Assembly: GCA_965199955.1 (NCBI GenBank)
Contig: CBDATQ010000002.1
Span: forward strand, 1,504,001 to 1,568,000
DNA from: Spirochaetia bacterium
GTDB taxonomy: Bacteria; Spirochaetota; Spirochaetia; SZUA-6; Bin103
Direction of reading: 5' to 3'
DNA length: 64,000 bases
The position numbers were made by a program, and so were the translations under genes. Positions 39,371 through 49,021 of this stretch are shown here, in pieces. The notes beneath the pieces were generated by a model that was not told the origin of the DNA, did no database searches, and saw nothing but the letters and a program-made list of their open reading frames with translations. Within the stretch, counting starts at the first letter, position 1, and every line of letters starts with the position of its first letter.

Positions 39371-39868
39371 ATGGCTGAGACAGTGCAATCTCGGGTCACT
39401 TGGCCGCTGATCTTCACGTACCGAGGCAACGTGTTTGGCCAGGGCTACATCGCTTCGTTCACTGCGGTGAGTCGCGTTCTCGCGATTCAGGAGGAAGATG
39501 GGATCTGGCTTAGCGGGGTCCAACCGGGAGGGATCGCGGCTGGGGGGCAGGATCTGCCGGAAGCGCGCGCAGCGTTTCGAAGGGCTTTCGTCGGTGTGCT
39601 GGCAGACATCGCGTCGTCCGTCGGCGACTTAACCGCGTTCCGGACGGAAGTCGCCCAGTTCCTGCAGGAGCGCGACGACGGAGCGTTCGAGGACTGGACT
39701 GCCGCCGTGGATGCCAACCGCAGACAGCCGCTGGATTGGGCGCAGATGAAGCAGTTGCCGATCATGCCGGCCGGCATGACGCCGTCGATGACCGTGGCCT
39801 TGCGTTCAGAACTGACGCCCGCCGACAACCTGATCGATGAGGGGCCTGAGCTTGCCACGGCTTCCTGA
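39371..39868 (+). CDS. Hypothetical protein with HicB-like core (putative antitoxin)
   Basis: VLAIQEEDGIWLSGVQPGGIAAGGQDLPEARAAFRRAF matches the HicB beta-beta-beta-alpha pattern. Confidence 0.55.
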   Translation: MAETVQSRVTWPLIFTYRGNVFGQGYIASFTAVSRVLAIQEEDGIWLSGVQPGGIAAGGQDLPEARAAFRRAFVGVLADIASSVGDLTAFRTEVAQFLQERDDGAFEDWTAAVDANRRQPLDWAQMKQLPIMPAGMTPSMTVALRSELTPADNLIDEGPELATAS

Positions 39869-39873
39869 GTCGG

Positions 39874-40110
39874 ATGCTCAGAGAGATAGCACTACGTATC
39901 GTATGGTCCTTACTTGCGGAGTGCGCCCCGGGCCATGCAGTCGAAGAGAAGCTGCATCACTATTGGGTTCGCTACCAGGGAAAGACGTATCGAGCGCTGC
40001 CGATCGGTAGACGCGGAGCGCGCCGCCCGGTGGTCCAGGCGTTCCACGTCCGCAAGATGGTCACTCACCTCGGTATCGATCGGGATTGCGCGGATCGGTA
40101 TCTGTCGTGA
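39874..40110 (+). CDS. Small basic HicA-like protein (putative toxin)
   Basis: 78 aa, alpha-beta3-alpha pattern, KLHHYWV, ALP, VRKMVTHLGI. Confidence 0.5.
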   Translation: MLREIALRIVWSLLAECAPGHAVEEKLHHYWVRYQGKTYRALPIGRRGARRPVVQAFHVRKMVTHLGIDRDCADRYLS

Positions 40111-40167
40111 GCGTTTGAAGACAGGTTGTCGTTGCAGGTAGCCGTATCAGATTGTCGCCCGGAGCGA

Positions 40168-41346
40168 TCAGCTCCGCAGGCGCGGACGTTCGACGGCCTG
40201 GATCTGCGATGAGGCGGCGACGATGCGGCCGTCCAGGTAGCGATCGACGGTGAGCTGATCGATCGCGAGGCGCGGCGCGCGTCCCAGGGCGAGGTCGGTG
40301 ACCACCAGCGCGGTCGCCGGCATCTGCATCATGCCGGAGCTGTAGTGGCCGGTCGCCCAGAGATAGCCGCCGGCGGCGCGCGGGTCGGGGCCGACGGTGG
40401 GGAGCGAGTCGATCGTGCCGGGCCGCAGGCCGCTCCAGATGTCGAGGATCCGCTGCGAGGCGAGGACGGGCAGCACCGAGGTGACGATGGCGGACAGCGA
40501 CGCCAGGCCGTCCGGGGTCACGCGCTTGGCGAAGCCCCATGCCTCGTGGGTGGCGCCGACCACGATCCGTCCGTCGGGTCGCGGGGTCGCGTAGCCGTAG
40601 CCGCTTGCGCGCGACAGGTTGTGACGCAGCCCGGCCGGCGGCGCGGCGACGGCCATGATCTGGCCGTGCACGGGGAACACCGGATGGGGCAGGCGTCCGT
40701 CGACGCGTCCGGCCCACGCGCCGGCGGCGTTCACGACCACCTCGGCGTGCAGCGAACCGGAGTCGGTCCGCACGCCGGCCACCCGGTCGCCGTTCCACTC
40801 CAGCCCGGTGACTGGCCGGCCCGGGAACACCTCCGCGCCCAGCACCTGCGCCGCAGCCGCGGCGGCGGCCGTGTAGGCGCGCGCGTCCAGATGCCGGCCT
40901 TCTGGATTGAGCGCCGCCCCGATCACGTCCTCGGGGAGGGTCGGCTCGCGCCTGCGAGCCTCCGCACCGTCGAGGAGCCGAGCCTCGACGCCGGCCGCGC
41001 GGTACAGGTCCGCGTTCTCCCGCAGCGCCGGCAGCTCCTGCTCCGTCCGCGCCAGGAGCAGGCTGCCGGCGCCGCCGTAGCCGATGTGCCGGCCGGTGAG
41101 CTCGCGCAGCTCGCCGTCGAGCTGCTCGTACCGCTTCGCCGACAGCCGGGTGGCCTGTGCGAACCAGGGATCGCGTTCCGGGCTCGCCCCGGGTCCGATG
41201 ATGCCGGCCGAGGCCCAGGACGCCTCGCGCCCCACCTCGCCGGAATCCAGCAGCGCCACCCGCGCACCCTCGCGTGCCAGCTCGTAGGCGGTCGTGCAGC
41301 CGCACGCCCCGGTGCCGATCACCACCACGTCGAATCGTTCACTCAC
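40168..41346 (-). CDS. FAD-dependent oxidoreductase, glycine oxidase ThiO-like
   Basis: VIGTGACG, EASWASAGII, VNAAGAW, WSGLRP, ATGHY. Confidence 0.85.
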   Translation of the reverse strand: MSERFDVVVIGTGACGCTTAYELAREGARVALLDSGEVGREASWASAGIIGPGASPERDPWFAQATRLSAKRYEQLDGELRELTGRHIGYGGAGSLLLARTEQELPALRENADLYRAAGVEARLLDGAEARRREPTLPEDVIGAALNPEGRHLDARAYTAAAAAAAQVLGAEVFPGRPVTGLEWNGDRVAGVRTDSGSLHAEVVVNAAGAWAGRVDGRLPHPVFPVHGQIMAVAAPPAGLRHNLSRASGYGYATPRPDGRIVVGATHEAWGFAKRVTPDGLASLSAIVTSVLPVLASQRILDIWSGLRPGTIDSLPTVGPDPRAAGGYLWATGHYSSGMMQMPATALVVTDLALGRAPRLAIDQLTVDRYLDGRIVAASSQIQAVERPRLRS

Positions 41347-41385
41347 GATCGTGGTACATTACTTGCCGCTTCGATGGGGGGCCAG

Positions 41386-42648
41386 ATGGACGGCAGAATC
41401 GCTTCGGTCGAGCGCACCCTGCACTGGGTGCCGATGGTGGACCGCATCCGCCTCGAGATGGAGCGGGCGGGCATCCACGCGTGGTCGGAACTCGAGGTGA
41501 TCCGCGTCACCAGCGAGTCCGGCGTCGTCGGCTGGGGCGAGACCATCCAGAACTACACCTGGGGCCGCGCCGATCTCGACGAGCGGGTGATCGGCCGGTC
41601 GCCGTTCGACCTGTACTGGGACGACAGCCTTGGCGCCGGCCTGCAGATGGCGGTGCTGGACCTGGCCGGCAAGCTGGCCGGCGTACCGGCGCATCGCCTG
41701 CTCGGCGAGCAGGTGCGCAGCCACTGCCCGCTGTCGTTCTGGGACCACGACATGTCGCCGGAGCTGTACGAGGCGGAGGCGCGCGAGGCGGTGCGCCTGG
41801 GCTACACCTGCATGAAGATCAAGACCCGGCCCTGGTGGGACGTGCACGAGACGATCGCGCGCATATCCGAGGCGACCCCGCCGTGGTTCGCGATCGACGC
41901 CGATTGGAACGACTTCCTGCTCGACGCGCCCACCGCGCTGCCGGTGCTCAGCGCCCTGGAGACGGAGTTCCCGAAGATCAAGATCTACGAGGGACCGATC
42001 CCCGCTGACGACATCGACGGCAACCGGCGGCTGCGCGCGGGGCTGCGCACGCAGATCGCCCACCACTACAACAACGATGCGCGTCAAGGCGTGGCGCGCA
42101 GCGAGCACTGCGACGGCTACGTGATAGGCGGCGGCATCGCCGCCATCAGCCGGGCCGGGCACTTCGCCGGAGCGGCGCGGATGCCGTTCTTCCTGCAGAT
42201 GGTCGGCACCGGGCTGACGACCACCCTGTGCCTGCACCTGGGATCAGTGCTCGCCTCGGCGCGCTGGCCGGCGGTCACCGTGCACGAGCTGTACGAGCAC
42301 AACCTGCTCACCGCGCGTATCCCGGTCTCCGGCGGCTACGGCGCGGTGCCGGCGGGGCCCGGGCTGGGCGTCCAGGTCGACGAGGAGGCCCTCGACCGGT
42401 ACCGCGTCGACCGGGCGGACCTGAGCCTGCCGCGGCGGCTGGTCCGCTACCGGCGTCCGTCCGGGCTGACCGTCCACTTCTCTTCCGAAGCGCGGCCCGG
42501 ATCGACGATGTGGAACTATTTCGCGGCCGGCAACCAGCCTGCGTACGAGGGCGGCGTGGTGACCGAGCTGGTCGAGGACGACGGCAGCGCCGAGTTCCAG
42601 CGCTTGTACGAGCAGACCATGGACAGCCCGGTCGTCGGCAGCGACTGA
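41386..42648 (+). CDS. Mandelate racemase/muconate lactonizing family enzyme
   Basis: GWGE, MAVLDLAGKLAGVP, KIK, DWN, YEGP, PGLGVQVDE. Confidence 0.88.
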   Translation: MDGRIASVERTLHWVPMVDRIRLEMERAGIHAWSELEVIRVTSESGVVGWGETIQNYTWGRADLDERVIGRSPFDLYWDDSLGAGLQMAVLDLAGKLAGVPAHRLLGEQVRSHCPLSFWDHDMSPELYEAEAREAVRLGYTCMKIKTRPWWDVHETIARISEATPPWFAIDADWNDFLLDAPTALPVLSALETEFPKIKIYEGPIPADDIDGNRRLRAGLRTQIAHHYNNDARQGVARSEHCDGYVIGGGIAAISRAGHFAGAARMPFFLQMVGTGLTTTLCLHLGSVLASARWPAVTVHELYEHNLLTARIPVSGGYGAVPAGPGLGVQVDEEALDRYRVDRADLSLPRRLVRYRRPSGLTVHFSSEARPGSTMWNYFAAGNQPAYEGGVVTELVEDDGSAEFQRLYEQTMDSPVVGSD

Positions 42649-42670
42649 CGAACAGGCGATCCAGCGTTCG

Positions 42671-44293
42671 ATGAGAGCTGCAGACGCGCTGGTGCGCGCC
42701 ATCGTGGCCGCAGGCACGCGGCACGTCTTCACGCTCTCCGGCAACCAGATCATGTCGCTGTTCGACGCGGCGATCGACGTGCCACTGGAGCTGATCCACG
42801 TCCGCCACGAGGCGCCGGCCGTGCACGCGGCCGACGCCATCGGCCGGCTGAGCGGCCGTCCCGGGGTGGCGATGGTCACGGCTGGGCCGGGGTTCGCCAA
42901 CACGCTGTCGGCACTGTACGTGGCGAAGTGCGCGGAGTCGCCGCTAGTGCTGCTGTCCGGCGCCTCGCCGGCTGGCAACCCGGGGGCCGGTGCGTTTCAG
43001 GAGATGGACCAGGCCGGGCTCGCTGCCAAGGTCTGCAAGGCATCGTGGACGTGCACGGACCCAGAACGGATTGCCGGCGACTTCGCGCGGGCGTGGCGAT
43101 GTGCGGCGTCCGGACGCCCCGGCCCCGTGCACGTGGCCCTGCCGGTGGACGTGCTCGAGGCCGCCATTCGGGGGGAGGAACGGGGCGTGGATCCTGATGA
43201 TGTCCCGGCGGTCCCGTCAGCGACAGACCTGGCCATCGTTTGCCAGGCGATCGGCGACGCCGCGCGTCCGCTGGTGATCGCCGGTCCCCCGTACCGCCGC
43301 CGGCACGCCGCCGACGCGATTCGCCTGCTGCGTGACGCGGGCGCCGCGGTGCTGGCGATGGACAGTCCGCGGGGGCTGCGCGACCCGGCGTTGGGCGCGT
43401 TCGCGGAGGCGGTGGCGGAGGCGGATCTGGTCGTGCTGCTCGGCAAACGGCTGGACTACATGCTGGAGCTGGGCGCATCGCCACCCTTCGCGCCGGGCTG
43501 CCGGTTCATGCAGATCGACCCGGAGCCGGAGGCGCTCCGACAAGGTGCGGGCAACGCTGGCGATCGCATGCTGCTGCAGGCGCAGGGCGACCCGGCGGGC
43601 TGGGCGGCCGCGATGGCGAAGCGGCTGGGCGGTTGCTCGCTCGACGCCGGTTGGCGCGCGGCGGTCGACACGGCAGTGGGCTACAGGCCGTCGGAGTGGC
43701 GCAACGTCGGCCCTGGCTCACCAGTCCATCCGGCGCAGCTCGGCTACGCCGTGGACGAATTCCTTGCCGGCTCGTCCGAGTCGGTGTTCGTCTCCGACGG
43801 CGGCGAAGTCGGCCAGTGGGTGCAGGCCTGCGTGAACGCGCCGCACCGCATCATCAACGGCCCCGCCGGCGCGATCGGCTCGGCGCTGCCGTTCGCGCTC
43901 GCCGCGCGCACCCTGTTTCCCGAGGCGCGCATCGCCGCCACCCTGGGCGACGGCACCTTCGGCTTCCACCCGCTGGAGATCGACACCGCCGTGCGCCACG
44001 ACCTGCCGTTCGTGGCCGTCATCGGCAACGACGCCCGCTGGAACGCCGAGGTGCAGATCCAGCACCGCACCTACGGAGCCGACCGGGCCGTCGGCTGCGA
44101 CCTTCGCGCCACCCGCTATGACGAGCTGGCCCGCGCCCTCGACGCCCACGGCGCCGCGGTCGACTCGGCCGCCGAGCTGCCCGCAGCTCTGCAGGCGGCC
44201 TACGCGTCCGGCACTGCCGCCTGCGTCGACGTGTCCCTGCAGCCCCTCGCAGCTCCGGTCATCTTGGATTCACGAGCGAGTTCGATGTCGTGA
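42671..44293 (+). CDS. Thiamine pyrophosphate-binding enzyme (acetolactate synthase-like)
   Basis: VRHE, TAGPG, SGRPGPVH, GDGTFGF...GND TPP motif. Confidence 0.9.
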   Translation: MRAADALVRAIVAAGTRHVFTLSGNQIMSLFDAAIDVPLELIHVRHEAPAVHAADAIGRLSGRPGVAMVTAGPGFANTLSALYVAKCAESPLVLLSGASPAGNPGAGAFQEMDQAGLAAKVCKASWTCTDPERIAGDFARAWRCAASGRPGPVHVALPVDVLEAAIRGEERGVDPDDVPAVPSATDLAIVCQAIGDAARPLVIAGPPYRRRHAADAIRLLRDAGAAVLAMDSPRGLRDPALGAFAEAVAEADLVVLLGKRLDYMLELGASPPFAPGCRFMQIDPEPEALRQGAGNAGDRMLLQAQGDPAGWAAAMAKRLGGCSLDAGWRAAVDTAVGYRPSEWRNVGPGSPVHPAQLGYAVDEFLAGSSESVFVSDGGEVGQWVQACVNAPHRIINGPAGAIGSALPFALAARTLFPEARIAATLGDGTFGFHPLEIDTAVRHDLPFVAVIGNDARWNAEVQIQHRTYGADRAVGCDLRATRYDELARALDAHGAAVDSAAELPAALQAAYASGTAACVDVSLQPLAAPVILDSRASSMS

Positions 44294-44781
44294 CGAGCAG
44301 CCGGGTCTTGCAGTGGCTCGCGAAGCCAAGGGACGCGCTCAGCGCGATGATCGCGGCGGGACGTCCCGGCGGACTCGTTCTGGTCCTGGACTACAACCAC
44401 GAGAAGGTCCTGCTCGAGCTTCCGCCACCGCCAGCCGCGGCGCGACTCTACGACGCCCTTCTCGCGTGGCGGGCGGACGCGGGGATGTCGAACGCGATTG
44501 CCGATCGGCTTGAGGACTGGTTCCGGGAAGCCGGACTCGATTCCGTCGCCGTGACGCCTCAGCACGAAGTGACCGGCCGAGGCGACACGGACTTCGCTGA
44601 ACAGATCCTTCTCCGGGCCAAGGTAGCGGAACGCCGAGGGGTGCAGATGGTGGCCGACGGATACCTCACAGAGGCCGAGCGTGCCCTGGCCGAGCAGCAA
44701 TTCCGGCTATGGGCGGCCGACTCCGCGATCCGTCAGCGGCTCTATCTCCTGTGCGTCGAGGGCATCGTTCCGCAGCGGTAA
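44290..44781 (+). pseudogene. Class I SAM methyltransferase, C-terminal half only
   Basis: VTSSRVLQWL..RPGGLVLVLDY; no N-terminal motif I. Confidence 0.6.
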
Positions 44782-46088
44782 GGGCACGGGGGCTTGGTCA
44801 CCAGTTCGGTGGCTCCTAAGGTTCGGCCCATGAAACCCGAAACCAGGGCGGCCAGGGAGTGGCCGAGCGTCCTCAGGACCGTCCCGAGGGCCCTGTTCCT
44901 GTTCTTCCGGGCCGCGCCGGGTCTGTCGCTGACCCAGCTCGTCATCACGGCGATTCGCGCCGTCATACCCCTGCTCGTGCTCGGCGTCGCAAAACTGTTC
45001 GTGGACGTCGCCGTGGAGGTCATCGGCGGCGGCACGCTCGTCCTTCCCGTCGTGGGCGTGACTGCCGACTCCGCCCAGGGACTCTACCTGCTGGGAGGCT
45101 TGCTGCTGTCGGTCTGGCTGCTGGACAAGGCGACCGGTGCCGCGGAGGAGATCGTGCGTACGCACTCGACGAATCGGGTGGAGTCCCACGTGCACGCGCT
45201 CATCATGCGCAAGTGCAGCACGCTCGATGCGGCGTTCTACGAAAGCCCAAAGTACCTGGACCTCCTGGAACGTGCCGTGCGCGGCGCGCTGATGAACTCG
45301 CTGAGCTTCATGTGGGGCTTCTACTTCCTGGTGCAGGCGGCCATCTCGCTGGTCGCGATCATCGCGGTCCTGTCGACCATCCACTGGGTCATTCCCGTGG
45401 CGATGGTGCTGTCCGCGCTGCCGCAACTGATCGCCACGAGCTGGTTCGCCAGGCGGGGCTGGGCGCTGGAGAACAGTCTGTCCACCCACTACCGGCTCCT
45501 GAAGTACCTCACCGCATTGATGAGCGAGCGCCAGGCGGCGAACGAGGTGCGGCTGTTCGGCCTGTCGGACTACTTCATCCCCCGCTTTCGGCAGGTCAAC
45601 GAGCAGCGGCTGCGGCGCGAGCAGTCCTTCACGCGGAAGAGCACGTTGTGGCGAGCGAGCCTCGGCCTCCTTTCGGACGCCGCCGTGGCCGGCGTGTGGG
45701 TGTTCATCGTGCTCAGGGCGCTGGCCAGAGCCATCTCGGTCGGGGATGTCGTGCTGGGCACGCAGGCCGCCTGGAAAGGCAAGGAGGCGCTGCAGCAGAC
45801 CTTCAGCTATGGCGGGCAGTTCTTCGAGCAGACGCTGACGCTGGTCAACCTCTTCGCGTTCCTTGATCTCGACCCCGCGGCGGTGCCGGGCTCGCTGCAG
45901 AGCAACGACGTGAAGCGCCGGATGCCGGAGACGATCGATCGTGTGGAGTTCAGGCACGTCAGCTTCGCGTATCCATCGGTGCGGGGGAACGTGCTGGACG
46001 ATGTCAGCTTCGTGATGGAAGGCGGGCAGAAGGTTGCGCTGGTCGGGCGGAACGGTTCGGGCAAGACGACGATCGTCAAGCTGCTAAC

Positions 46089-48080
46089 CCGAAGTTCCAG
46101 AGCGTGAATCTCTCGTAACTTCATTGACAGAAATTAGTTGCAAGGTGATCTGCGTGCTGATTGGCGTCGTTTCGTGTCCATGTAGATGGTGGTGAATAGC
46201 GGCGAGATACATGCTATTTGATCTTGACATATCGTGACTTGTGTGTATTCTGTTGCCACAGATCAGTAGTCATGTACATCGAGTCTGTCCCCAACCGCTC
46301 CTCTCCCCCTGCCATCCTGCTCCGCGAGTCCTACCGCGAGCACGGCAAGGTCAAGAAGCGCACGCTCGCGAACCTCTCCAAATGGCCCCCTGATCTGGTC
46401 GACGGCTTGCGCACCCTGCTCAAGGGCGGCCACGCCTTCGCCTCGGTCTCGGATGCGTTGCTGCTCACGCGCTCGCTGCCCCACGGCCACGTCGCCGCCG
46501 TGCTGGGCATCCTCAAGCAGCTCGGACTCCATACCCTCATCGCCCGCAAGGCCAGCCGCTCGCGCGAGCTGATCATCGCCATGATCACCGCCCGCGTCAT
46601 CGACGCGCAGTCCAAACTGGCCACCGCCCGCGCGCTCTCACCGCCCAGCGCCGTGTCCACCCTGGGCGAGTCGCTGCGGTTGGGGGAGGTCGATGAGAAC
46701 GAGCTCTACGAGGCGATGGACTGGTTGGTCGGGCGCCAGGCGGCGATCGAGGACCGCCTGGCCGAACAGCACCTCAGCGAGCACACGCTGGTGCTCTACG
46801 ACGTGAGCTCGACCTACTTCGAGGGCAGCCACTGCGAGCTGGCGCAGTTGGGACACAGCCGTGACGGCAAGTCGGGCACGCTGCAGATCGTGTTCGGGCT
46901 GCTGTGCACCCAGGAAGGCTGTCCGGTGGCGGTGGAGGTATTCCCTGGCTCTACCGCCGACCCGAAGACGGTGAGCGCGCAGGTGGACAAGATCCGCACC
47001 CGCTTCGGGCTCACGCGGGTGGTGCTGGTCGGCGACCGCGGGATGCTGAGCGCGGCGAGGATCCGCGAGGACCTGCAAGAGGTGGAGGGGCTGCGCTGGA
47101 TCACCACGCTGCGCGCGCCGACGATCCGCAAGCTGGTGGCCGCCGGCGAGGTGGCGCCGTCGTTGTTCGACGAGCGCGACCTGGCCGAGATCACCAGCGA
47201 GGAGTTTCCGGGCGAGCGGCTGATCGTGTGCCGCAACCCGTTGCTGGCCGACGAACGGGAGCGCAAGCGCCAGGAGCTGCTACAGGCCACCGAGCAGAAG
47301 CTGGCCCCGATCGCTCAGGCCACCCAGCGCGTCCATCAGCCGCTACGGGGCGAGGCCGAGATCGGCATGCGGGTCGGCAAGGTGATCAATCACTACAAGG
47401 TGGGCAAGCACTTCGTGACCGAGATCACCTCCGAGTCGTTCAGCTTTCGGCGCGATGAGGCCAAGATCGACGCCGAGCAGGCGCTGGACGGGCTGTACAT
47501 CGTGCGCAGCAACGTGGAGCCGCAGGTGCTCGACGCGGCGCAGACGGTGCGCGCCTACAAGGGGCTGTCGAAGGTGGAGCGGGCGTTTCGGTGCATGAAG
47601 TCCGTGGACCTGAAGGTGCGCCCGATTCACCACCGGCGCGCGGATCGAGTGCGGGCGCACGTGCTGCTGTGCATGCTGGCCTACTACGTGGAGTGGCACA
47701 TGCGGCGCTCGTTGGCGCCGTTGCTGTTCGACGATCACGATCGACAGGGCGCCGAGCGCAAGCGGGTCTCCGAGGTGGCTCCGGCGCAGCGATCGGCGGC
47801 CGCGGCGGCCAAGGCGTCGAGCAAGCGCACCGAGGACGGGTTGCCGGTGCACAGCTTTCGCACGCTGATCACTGAACTGGGCACGCTGACGGCGAACACG
47901 ATGCAGGTTGCAGAGGGCGGCAGCACGTTCACGCTGCACACGCACCCGACGCCGGTTCAGCAGCGCTGTTTCGAGCTGCTTGGGGTCACGCCCCGCATGT
48001 AGCCATGCACAGGAACCTGCACCATTGAGAAACTACCCTGACCACAAGGACTTCAGGCAATTTCGCTCCTGGAACTTCGG
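46089..48080 (+). mobile_element. IS1634 family insertion sequence
   Basis: 12-bp perfect terminal inverted repeats CCGAAGTTCCAG / CTGGAACTTCGG; flanking direct repeat GCTAAC (46083-46088, 48081-48086). Confidence 0.93.
46272..48002 (+). CDS. IS1634 family DDE transposase
   Basis: LYDVSSTYFEG, GHSRDGK, VGDRGM, YKGLSKVERAFRCMK, RPIHH. Confidence 0.93.
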   Translation: MYIESVPNRSSPPAILLRESYREHGKVKKRTLANLSKWPPDLVDGLRTLLKGGHAFASVSDALLLTRSLPHGHVAAVLGILKQLGLHTLIARKASRSRELIIAMITARVIDAQSKLATARALSPPSAVSTLGESLRLGEVDENELYEAMDWLVGRQAAIEDRLAEQHLSEHTLVLYDVSSTYFEGSHCELAQLGHSRDGKSGTLQIVFGLLCTQEGCPVAVEVFPGSTADPKTVSAQVDKIRTRFGLTRVVLVGDRGMLSAARIREDLQEVEGLRWITTLRAPTIRKLVAAGEVAPSLFDERDLAEITSEEFPGERLIVCRNPLLADERERKRQELLQATEQKLAPIAQATQRVHQPLRGEAEIGMRVGKVINHYKVGKHFVTEITSESFSFRRDEAKIDAEQALDGLYIVRSNVEPQVLDAAQTVRAYKGLSKVERAFRCMKSVDLKVRPIHHRRADRVRAHVLLCMLAYYVEWHMRRSLAPLLFDDHDRQGAERKRVSEVAPAQRSAAAAAKASSKRTEDGLPVHSFRTLITELGTLTANTMQVAEGGSTFTLHTHPTPVQQRCFELLGVTPRM

Positions 48081-48852
48081 GCTAACGCGTCTCTACGATC
48101 CGAACGAGGGTCAGATCCTGATCAACGGCGAAGACATCAGGGAGTTTGACCTGGCTGAGCTGCAGCGAAGATTCGCGGTGGTGTTCCAGGACTGCGTGCG
48201 GTATGCGCTCACCGCTCGGGAGAACGTCGGCTTCGGCGACGTCAACCACGTGTCCGATATCGAGCGAGTCCGGGCGGCGGCGGATGCCGCGGTTGTGGAG
48301 GACGATCTGTCGAGCCTTCCCGATGGCTATGAGACGTTTCTCGGCGGCCAGTTCGGGATCGGCAGGGACCTGTCGGGAGGGCAGTGGCAGAAGGTGGGCC
48401 TGGCTCGCGGCTTCATGCGGCAGGGGTCGCTGTTCGTCATCGATGAGCCGACGGCGCACCTGGACGCCCTGGCGGAGTTCGACGTCTTTCGCTCATTCCT
48501 GGAGCTGACGGGAGAGCAGACCTCGGTGATGATCTCCCACCGGTTCTCGAATGTCCGCCTTGCCGATCACATCGTCGTGCTGGATTCCGGACGGGTGGTC
48601 CAGCAGGGAACGCACGAAGAGCTGTCCGCGGTCAGCGGACTGTACGCGCGGATGTTCGAGACGCAGGCCAGCGGATACCGATAGCGCGAAGCCGGCGACG
48701 CGCGGCCGCTTTCAACGGCGTCGAGCATGTCAAGCGCCGCGACCTGCGTCGGCCTCGGCCTGCCGCGGCCGTGATTGAAGCGCCGCGTCATCCGCGTGCG
48801 TATTGGTTACCATAGGAGGCGCAGGTGGCAGACTCGGTGACCCTGAGGGAAA

Positions 48853-49005
48853 GTGGACGTCGGCCGCATCGGCGAGTGCGTCAAGCCGTGGTTGCGTGAG
48901 CTGGTGCACGAGATGGCGCCACGGAACGAGCCTGACGAGGTGAGTACCCAGGTTCTCGACCGCATGACGCGGGTGGAAGAAGAGCTCAAGACTCTGGGCA
49001 AGTGA
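48853..49005 (+). other. Small ORF or remnant with coiled-coil end
   Basis: GAGGGA RBS, 50 aa ending VLDRMTRVEEELKTLGK. Confidence 0.35.
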
Positions 49006-49021
49006 GCGGCTCTGCTGTCGG

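Larger units (their letters stand above)
44830..48684 (+). pseudogene. ABC exporter (TMD + ATPase) interrupted by IS1634
   Basis: 5' part ends just after Walker A GRNGSGKT-TIVKLLT; 3' part resumes RLYDP...LSGGQWQ...IDEPT after the IS; removing the IS and one TSD copy restores the frame. Confidence 0.92.

Noticed and set aside
40345..41385. Long N-terminal extension of the enolase-family ORF
   Set aside because: Antisense to the ThiO-like gene; not a fusion
48748..48781. GCCGCGGCCGTGATTGAAGC resembling a type I-G CRISPR repeat end
   Set aside because: Single copy, no regular repeat-spacer period, no cas genes in the window
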